Shown piece after piece: positions 18,427 through 24,518 of a DNA stretch of 24,518 bases. The first letter of the stretch is position 1; each line of letters starts with the position of its first letter. A program made the position numbers and the translations under genes. The notes below the pieces were generated by a model. It searched no databases. It was given only the letters and a program-made list of their open reading frames with translations, and had not been told where the DNA came from. This DNA is from Promethearchaeota archaeon (GTDB lineage: Archaea; Asgardarchaeota; Lokiarchaeia; Sigyniarchaeales; SOKP01): contig JBHLPW010000067.1 in the NCBI GenBank assembly GCA_048939015.1, positions 1 through 24,518 of the forward strand, read 5' to 3'.

Positions 18427-20310
18427 TTATGCAAATGTTGAAATTATATGGTTTTGAGCTAAATTCTCTTGCTTACCCTTATAAGGTTTATGTCTCGCAA
18501 CAATTACATAATCTGTTTTATTTGAAATATAATTTAAAATATCCTGAAATCTAGTATCGTCCATTTCTGTTGTTACTTCATCAACCAAGAAAAAAGGTTC
18601 ATCAGGGAGAACCATTTGTTTTACAACCCATGTGATTATCAATGTAATTAAAGATTTTTCAGCACCACTAAGTTTTTCTAATGTTGTATAAACATTATTT
18701 GCTCTTTGAATTTCTAAGAAAAGTTTGTTTTCTTTTTTATCAAATACTATCTTTTTCAGTTTTGCTAATTTTAGTAATTCAAAAGAAGCCATCAAAGCAT
18801 CGTTGATTTGTTTGAATGTTTCGTATGTTAGGTGTTGAAATCTCTCAGAATAATATTTATGAATCGCCTCTGCTCTTTTTACATATCCTTCCGCTTTTAA
18901 GTATCTTAATTGATATTCACTTGACATTTCAATTTCTTCTTCAAGTTTATTCATTAGTTTATTTTTACCATTTAATTCTCCTTGAAGTTTAAAAATTTCA
19001 TTTTGAAGTGGTATCTCTTCAGCTAAAACTTCTTGTATATCTAATAATTCTTTATTTTTTGACTCAATCTCATCCGCTAATTGTTTTCTTCGATTCTTCT
19101 TGTCTGGTAATGTTTCTCTTTTCTTTTTTATATCTTTATCCTTATTAATTTGATCTTTATTTAAGCTCTCTCTATTAGTTTTTAAAAAATTAGTTAAATC
19201 TCTTAATTCATCCTCTATTTCATTCATCTCCAAAGAAATTTCATGTTCTTTTGCTTTCAAACTTTTTACTTGCGCTTCTAGTTTTTTTACTTCGGCTCTT
19301 CCTTTAGCAACAAGGTCTTTATAGTGAACGGGGTCGAGTTTCTGGTGACATTTTGGACAAGTCTCTCGATTAATTAGTTCTTCATATTCTTTTAAATCCT
19401 TTCTTTCTGATGTCAAATTTTGTTGTGCGATTAATCTAAGATCTTTAGTTTTATCTAAATCCACCTCTAGCTTATCTCGCCTTTTCTCATTTTTTCGTAA
19501 TTTCTCTTGCATTAAAGGCAAATTCGCATCATAAGTATCAATTCTTTTCTTTATATCTTCTAATTCTCTTTTTAAATTCTCTATAGCTTCTTCTTCTTTA
19601 AAAATCACATCAGATAATTTTATCTTTTTATTTGTTAAATTTTTGATTAATTCACGTAATTTATCAATTTTATCCTTTTTCTCAGAATGCTCTTTCATTG
19701 ATAACTTATATTCTTCAGAATCTAATATTGATTCAATTTTTTCACTTAATTTTTCAGTTTCTTTTTGTAAGTTATTTATTTCTTCCCGATTTTGTGATAC
19801 ATCTTTACTCACTTTTTTCTTTAAATCATCTCTCGCAGTTTTATAGTCTGTAAGGATATTAGTTGATATTTCTAAAAACAATTCATATTTATGAGCTTCT
19901 GTAACTTTATAAAACCAAGAAGAAATAAAATCTTCATCATCGTTTATTATTCCGTGAAAAAGATCTGATTTTGCTCTTATAAAACTTAATTCTTCAGAAG
20001 GGAATTTAAAAATTTCATCATCTACATTAGAGTATGTTATAATAACTTTATCACCTTTTCTCTGAATTTGAACTTCATACTCTGTATCATCAACATTAAT
20101 TTTAACATAACCATTTATTTCTTTTTCAGTAAGGTAATTATTTAAATCATCTTGAGATATATTTTTATTTGCTATAGCTAAATGGAATGCACGTAAGAGA
20201 CTAGATTTTCCTGAACCATTAGGAGCATGCAATATGGATAAACCATCTTGTATTGTGAATTTAAATTGTCCTCTTAATCCACCAATATTTTCCCCTTCAA
20301 TATTAATCAT
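18427..20310 (-). CDS. Short SMC/Rad50-like ABC ATPase with zinc hook (Sph/ClsN-like archaeal SMC-related protein)
   Basis: ENIGGL start motif, Walker A APNGSGKS, long coiled coils, central CPKC, signature LSGAEK, Walker B/D-loop FLVDEVTTEMD, H-loop VARH. Confidence 0.9.
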   Translation of the reverse strand: MINIEGENIGGLRGQFKFTIQDGLSILHAPNGSGKSSLLRAFHLAIANKNISQDDLNNYLTEKEINGYVKINVDDTEYEVQIQRKGDKVIITYSNVDDEIFKFPSEELSFIRAKSDLFHGIINDDEDFISSWFYKVTEAHKYELFLEISTNILTDYKTARDDLKKKVSKDVSQNREEINNLQKETEKLSEKIESILDSEEYKLSMKEHSEKKDKIDKLRELIKNLTNKKIKLSDVIFKEEEAIENLKRELEDIKKRIDTYDANLPLMQEKLRKNEKRRDKLEVDLDKTKDLRLIAQQNLTSERKDLKEYEELINRETCPKCHQKLDPVHYKDLVAKGRAEVKKLEAQVKSLKAKEHEISLEMNEIEDELRDLTNFLKTNRESLNKDQINKDKDIKKKRETLPDKKNRRKQLADEIESKNKELLDIQEVLAEEIPLQNEIFKLQGELNGKNKLMNKLEEEIEMSSEYQLRYLKAEGYVKRAEAIHKYYSERFQHLTYETFKQINDALMASFELLKLAKLKKIVFDKKENKLFLEIQRANNVYTTLEKLSGAEKSLITLIITWVVKQMVLPDEPFFLVDEVTTEMDDTRFQDILNYISNKTDYVIVARHKPYKGKQENLAQNHIISTFA

Positions 20311-20425
20311 TTACTATTGCCTCTTTAATTTTTTTTTCTATAGCTTTATTTGGTCTTTTGCTGGAATTATAAATATCGATTAATTCCTCATCCAATTTTT
20401 TAAAATCAATCTTTTTTTCTTCCAT
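20303..20425 (-). CDS. 40-aa microprotein (not in the ORF track)
   Basis: MEEKKIDFKKLDEELIDIYNSSKRPNKAIEKKIKEAIVND. It fills the gap, starts 10 nt after the upstream stop, and overlaps the SMC start by 8 nt. Confidence 0.6.
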   Translation of the reverse strand: MEEKKIDFKKLDEELIDIYNSSKRPNKAIEKKIKEAIVND

Positions 20426-20435
20426 AATTTTCACT

Positions 20436-20912
20436 TTACCTCTTTATTAAATTTTTTAATTCAAAAAATAGATTAGAATTTATATCTTTAAGTTCTAACT
20501 CATCTATATTTAATAGATTCTTAAATTTATTTTCAAATTCATCAAAAAATTCATAATATTCATCATCATAATCTCTGATTTCTTTTGGAATTTCAAACTT
20601 AATCATATCTTTAATAACTCTCAATTCTATAAAACTTTCAAATTCATGTAAACATAAAAGGACTCCAAAAATTCCTTTGATAGTATTTTTCAATTCGATA
20701 AATAATATATCTTTATCTTTTAGATTCCTCTGATGTGGATCATAAGTAGCTCTACGGATAATAATTGCATCTGAACCTATTAGTTTATCGATTCTATCTG
20801 CAAATTTTCTTATCTTTTCATCTTGATATTTAGGAAATACAATATGAAATCCATCATAACTCATAAATTCATCTAACTTCAAAGAGATCACTCGGATTCT
20901 GCATCTATCCAT
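20436..20912 (-). CDS. Hypothetical alpha/beta protein
   Basis: 158 aa; overlaps the AAA ATPase end by 25 nt. Confidence 0.8.
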   Translation of the reverse strand: MDRCRIRVISLKLDEFMSYDGFHIVFPKYQDEKIRKFADRIDKLIGSDAIIIRRATYDPHQRNLKDKDILFIELKNTIKGIFGVLLCLHEFESFIELRVIKDMIKFEIPKEIRDYDDEYYEFFDEFENKFKNLLNIDELELKDINSNLFFELKNLIKR

Positions 20913-21631
20913 TCTAAATAAGTAAATATCATTTCTTTCTCAACATCTCTAAATGATAAATTCTTTATAATACCATCTCTTATTTTTTCCTTAATACGAT
21001 TTAAGACAATTTCAATATAATCATTATCCATTTTCAACTCTTTAATCCTAGATTCAATTTTCATTTTTGCTGTCTCTATGTTAATATATGGTACTTCAAA
21101 ATCAACCAATCGACTAATCACGGCATCATCTAATAAATCTCTCCTATTAGTTGTCATAATCACCCCTACTTTATCAGTCTCGAGCTTATCTAGCTCAGTA
21201 AAAAGAACATTTAAATGACCTAGATACCACGCATCTAATTTTTGATATGATCTTGAGGGAAACATTCCATCGACATCATCCATGACGATTATAAAGAAAT
21301 TTCCATTGCTTTTCGCTATTTTCATAGCAGATTCAAAATTATCTCTGATAATATCTTCGGTTTCACCATATTTTGCCTTCGCAATATCTGCTAAATTAAG
21401 TAATACATAAAGTTGATCATCAGGAAAATGTTCTAAATGAGTTTTAGCAACAACATCAGATATGACCCATTTTGCAATTGTTGATTTACCCGTCCCCGGT
21501 GGTCCGTGTAAAATAAATCCTTTAATTCCATCCGAAATTTCTCTTTCATTCTGCACTAAAAAAGTTTTTACAATTATTTGACTGATTTGAGTGTGGAGAT
21601 CTCCAATAAGAATAGGTCTTTTTAATCTCAT
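20888..21631 (-). CDS. Minimal classical-clade AAA+ ATPase
   Basis: Walker A LHGPPGTGKS, pore loop AKYGET, Walker B IIVMDDVD, NVLFTELD, sensor 1/SRH TTNRRDLLDDAVISR. Confidence 0.9.
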   Translation of the reverse strand: MRLKRPILIGDLHTQISQIIVKTFLVQNEREISDGIKGFILHGPPGTGKSTIAKWVISDVVAKTHLEHFPDDQLYVLLNLADIAKAKYGETEDIIRDNFESAMKIAKSNGNFFIIVMDDVDGMFPSRSYQKLDAWYLGHLNVLFTELDKLETDKVGVIMTTNRRDLLDDAVISRLVDFEVPYINIETAKMKIESRIKELKMDNDYIEIVLNRIKEKIRDGIIKNLSFRDVEKEMIFTYLEWIDAESE

Positions 21632-21651
21632 AATAGGTCTTCTCTTAAATT

Positions 21652-21662
21652 AAAAAAAAAAA
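21652..21662 (-). terminator. T11 tract (archaeal-type U-rich terminator candidate)
   Basis: 11 A on the plus strand, just downstream of the stop of 21666..22745. Confidence 0.4.
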
Positions 21663-21665
21663 GGT

Positions 21666-22745
21666 TTAATGTTCTTTTTCTTTCACTTTTTCTTTAATCT
21701 TATCTTTTGTTTTAATTAAAGCTTTCTCCATCGCTTCTGCAACTCCCGCATCAATTAAAAACTCCATTTTTCCAGTATCGGGATTAACACCTAGTTCTAT
21801 AAAAAAATCTTGAGCTTTTACTAATGCATTAATTGCATGCTGCCAATTTCTATAAGAAATCTTATCGCTTTGTTTAGCAATCCCATCTGAACTAAGCCAT
21901 ACTCCAACGAAATCCTCTTTTCTTTCGATATATTCTTCTTTTTTCTCTTTTGGGATATCATGATCATTTAAATGGATTAAAGCATCTTCCAAAGTATCAT
22001 ATTTTAAATTACAAGCATTTCCTTCTTCATCTACGAATTTACAGACAAATCCTCCGGTAGATAAGGTTTTGCGTTTTTTACATGACTCTAAGATATTTCC
22101 ATCTTTGTCGCAGCATTGTTTCATAAAAAGTTTCATAATAGCATTGCGATTTTTATCAAATGTTGGACGATCTAATTCAGTTGATAATCCTACAAGTGAT
22201 TCAGCACTCTTTATTACATTAGCAATGTTGTAATACCAGGAATCTAAATCTTCTCGTGCCTTTGCATCTGCAAATTTACTAATTAAAACATTCATTTTAT
22301 CACCCCATTGAGCGACTTCAGTTCCTTCTTCATCCTTAACATCCCCTATAATTCCAATCTCTTGAAATCTTTTTATATGTGGCTCAAGAGGATCTTTATA
22401 ATGCCGATTCCACAGTTTCTTTATCTCTGTTATATTAATCGGTTTAATATTCCATAAATATCTTAAAAGAAGTTTAAATAAATTTTGTTCTTTTTGATTG
22501 GCTTTATATGAATAAAAAGCATTTAGCCGAGCAAATACGTCAGCATCATTTTCATCCTTAAATTCGGAAATATTGTCGAATAAAAAATGGATCATTTGAC
22601 AATTTTCGCAAATTTTCTTCTCCTTTCCCAATCTGGTTTTGTATTCAAGAAGTCTTCTTTTTTGCATACCACATGAGGCACATTTTTCTATTGGCAAAGT
22701 AATTTCATCTTCTTGTTTTTGATTAATTTCTATAATTTCTGTCAT
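21666..22745 (-). CDS. Zinc-finger protein with putative tandem winged-helix domains
   Basis: CASC...CENC; WH-like EQNLFKLLLRYL...INITEIKKLW...LEPHIKRFQEIGII plus hairpin; C2H2-like C-x9-C...HLNDH; second WH-like WQHAINALVKAQDFF plus hairpin. Confidence applies mainly to the CDS. Confidence 0.75.
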   Translation of the reverse strand: MTEIIEINQKQEDEITLPIEKCASCGMQKRRLLEYKTRLGKEKKICENCQMIHFLFDNISEFKDENDADVFARLNAFYSYKANQKEQNLFKLLLRYLWNIKPINITEIKKLWNRHYKDPLEPHIKRFQEIGIIGDVKDEEGTEVAQWGDKMNVLISKFADAKAREDLDSWYYNIANVIKSAESLVGLSTELDRPTFDKNRNAIMKLFMKQCCDKDGNILESCKKRKTLSTGGFVCKFVDEEGNACNLKYDTLEDALIHLNDHDIPKEKKEEYIERKEDFVGVWLSSDGIAKQSDKISYRNWQHAINALVKAQDFFIELGVNPDTGKMEFLIDAGVAEAMEKALIKTKDKIKEKVKEKEH

Positions 22746-22790
22746 TATACTTTTTCCTTATATTTTTTATATGTTTTTTATTATATTTAA

Positions 22791-22880
22791 TGTTTTTACA
22801 TTTGTTAGTGTCTTTACGATATGTATGTGTAATGACACTACCAATATGTAGTTACTATCATTACTTATATTTAATATTAT
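22791..22880 (-). promoter_or_regulatory. Promoter/operator candidate, copy 1
   Basis: tgtttttacat (22791), gtaatgacactac (22829), tgtagttactatca (22847-22860), then a TATA-like AT box. Same order as at 24125-24201. Confidence 0.55.
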
Positions 22881-22945
22881 TCTTTTTACCTAAATAGTCA
22901 ATAACTATGCTTAAATAGCTAAAAATTTAAAAAAAAAAATTATTA

Positions 22946-23341
22946 CTATTTATCCTCAAGATTTTTTAATTCATCAAATAAATCTATTAGATCTGATCTA
23001 TATTGGTAATCTCTTTCAACCCAAAAATGACTTTCATCAAAATCATCAAAAAAAGAGTTGTAACAATCAGGATTATCACCAATATAAAAATCCTTTTCAC
23101 ATTCTATTTCAATAGGAGAATCTTCTTCTTCTTTTGCTTTATTATACATTTTTTCAAAACATTTCATAGCACATGCTGGACATTTGTTACATCTTAAAGG
23201 ATAATCATTCACTCCAATATAATCTATTCGATAATTTCCATCTTCTTTTCCAGTTGTCAATGCTAATCCTAAAAACTCCTCATTACAATCGTGGCAGGTT
23301 TTTATTCTCTTTTCTAATAATTCTATAATTTCATTTTTCAT
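22946..23341 (-). CDS. Cys-rich protein, paralogue of 23523..24095
   Basis: KNEIIELL..CHDC..FLG...YPLRCNKCPACAMKC. Confidence 0.8.
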   Translation of the reverse strand: MKNEIIELLEKRIKTCHDCNEEFLGLALTTGKEDGNYRIDYIGVNDYPLRCNKCPACAMKCFEKMYNKAKEEEDSPIEIECEKDFYIGDNPDCYNSFFDDFDESHFWVERDYQYRSDLIDLFDELKNLEDK

Positions 23342-23520
23342 TTCTTGACCTCCTTCATTTTATTACTAATAAAACTTCTTGCTTTGACATAACCACCTTC
23401 AATTGTACTAATTGCATTAAGCCATTCTTTATCTTCAATTCCAAATTGAGCATATAAGATAGCTTCTAATAGTGAATTTGATGTTTTTATAAGTTTATCT
23501 AATTGTTTAAATTGTTCCAT
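23338..23520 (-). CDS. 60-aa hypothetical protein
   Basis: Preceded by GAGGTGA, ATGA overlap with the downstream gene, and carries the GGAGGT SD for that gene. Confidence 0.75.
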   Translation of the reverse strand: MEQFKQLDKLIKTSNSLLEAILYAQFGIEDKEWLNAISTIEGGYVKARSFISNKMKEVKK

Positions 23521-23522
23521 TT

Positions 23523-24095
23523 TTAATTCACCTCATTTTTAATCTTATATTCAATTAATTCAAAGAGATTTATCATTTTACCACCTAAAAAATCTTCAGG
23601 TTTATCCCAAGGTTTTGGTTTTATTAATAAATCATGAGCTTTATATTCCTCATCCCATTCAGGAAAAAAATAAAATTTATCCATATATGGTCTGCAAGGT
23701 ACATTCTCCATAAAGGAATCTATAAAATCTATAATTTCTTCATCTGTGAATTTTTTTTTATCATTTTCTTCAATATCATAAAATTCACATATAGTTAAGT
23801 CATCACAAGGAATCTTACCTGTTTTTCTTACATTTTTAACTAAATTATTATATTTAAGATCAGATTTATCTAATCGTTCAATATTTCCTACATAACAGTT
23901 TTTAGCACATTCTGGACATTTTCCACAGCCACAGGGATATGGTTTAATCTCAATATTTACAGCTCCAGGATGAAGACCATCAGGATTAGAGTTATCAATA
24001 TCAATAGTCACTCCTAATAGTAATTTTCCACAATCAAGACATTTTTTATCGTATCTTCTAATCAATTCAATAATAGTATTCTTCTTATCTTCCAT
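23523..24095 (-). CDS. Cys-rich protein, paralogue of 22946..23341
   Basis: KNTIIELI..CLDC..LLG...YPCGCGKCPECAKNC. Confidence 0.8.
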   Translation of the reverse strand: MEDKKNTIIELIRRYDKKCLDCGKLLLGVTIDIDNSNPDGLHPGAVNIEIKPYPCGCGKCPECAKNCYVGNIERLDKSDLKYNNLVKNVRKTGKIPCDDLTICEFYDIEENDKKKFTDEEIIDFIDSFMENVPCRPYMDKFYFFPEWDEEYKAHDLLIKPKPWDKPEDFLGGKMINLFELIEYKIKNEVN

Positions 24096-24124
24096 AGAAA
24101 CACGCTCTTTGTTTGTTTTTTAGG

Positions 24125-24201
24125 TGTTTTTACATCATATTAATGTCATTACAAATATAAGTGTAGTTACTATCAATACCTTTTTCAAATATTTAAATAT
24201 T
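24125..24201 (-). promoter_or_regulatory. Promoter/operator candidate, copy 2
   Basis: tgtttttacat (24125), taatgtcattac (24141), tgtagttactatca (24162-24175), atatttaaatatt (24189-24201). Confidence 0.55.
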
Positions 24202-24216
24202 TATGTCTATTAAAAC

Positions 24217-24516
24217 TTAATATTGGGGATTATTAGATAAATTTCTGAGTAAATCTTCAGGTATCCCCATCTCTAAGAGTTCTTTTTTAAGACGCCATTT
24301 TGTCTGACGAGAATTTTTATTTATTTTAAAATCAATACGAGCAAAATCTATTAATGCCTTAACATTATCAATTCTTCCAGCATTAAATGCTTCTATTATT
24401 GCAGTGAAATAAAAGTACCTCTTACCCTTTCTTTTTCCTTTTCCTTGATTTACCTCAAATTGTTTACCTATTGAATATATTCTTTTTAAATCTAAGATAC
24501 GTTTCGTTAACTTTAT
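24217..24516 (-). CDS. 3' end of a basic hypothetical protein, truncated by the window edge
   Basis: Open frame IKLTKRILDLKR...GKGKRKGKRYFYF...NSRQTKWRLKKELLEMGIPEDLLRNLSNNPQY*. Confidence 0.7.
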   Translation of the reverse strand: MKLTKRILDLKRIYSIGKQFEVNQGKGKRKGKRYFYFTAIIEAFNAGRIDNVKALIDFARIDFKINKNSRQTKWRLKKELLEMGIPEDLLRNLSNNPQY

Positions 24517-24518
24517 TT

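Noticed and set aside
18427-20310. Calling the SMC-like gene rad50/sbcC, jetC or lmuB
   Set aside because: No adjacent Mre11/SbcD, no recognisable JetA/JetD or LmuA effector; short for Rad50 and JetC.
20888-21631. Calling the ATPase Vps4/CdvC, PAN or CBASS Cap6
   Set aside because: No MIT or coiled-coil/OB N-domain, and no ESCRT-III or CD-NTase gene in the window.
21611-21641. 10-bp direct repeat aataggtctt flanking the AAA start codon
   Set aside because: Short, two copies only, with no supporting context.
17622-23197. ORFs 17622..17861+, 19643..19846+, 23003..23197+
   Set aside because: Antisense shadows of minus-strand genes.
1623-24518. Formal provirus or ICE call with boundaries
   Set aside because: No integrase, transposase, capsid, terminase, tRNA or att repeat is visible; mobile origin remains an inference.

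Overview
AT-rich archaeal window. The host is probably Asgard (Lokiarchaeia-like); this is inferred from the histidine-kinase sequence style, GAGGTGA Shine-Dalgarno sites and a TFB-type domain, and was not verified. The left ~1.6 kb holds a histidine kinase and a kinase pseudogene. Most of the rest looks like accessory or mobile-element DNA, although no integrase, capsid or att site is visible. It contains: (i) a ~5 kb minus-strand run of small genes (Zn fingers, an ART-fold candidate, an HExxH protein, three paralogues carrying five RHH-like repeats), divergent from a tandem AbrB-like regulator; (ii) a Mokosh type I-like defence pair (pseudokinase-SF1 helicase plus double-HKD PLD); (iii) a PIP-box protein and an 890-aa Myb-like/Zn/TFB-HTH chimera; (iv) the best candidate for an undescribed system, a coupled cluster of a Zn-finger/tandem winged-helix protein, a minimal AAA+ ATPase with altered motifs, a 158-aa unknown, a 40-aa microprotein and a short Zn-hook SMC-like ATPase; (v) two Cys-rich paralogues whose upstream region shares a motif with the region upstream of the SMC cluster. 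Domain calls come from motifs read by eye; no searches were run.
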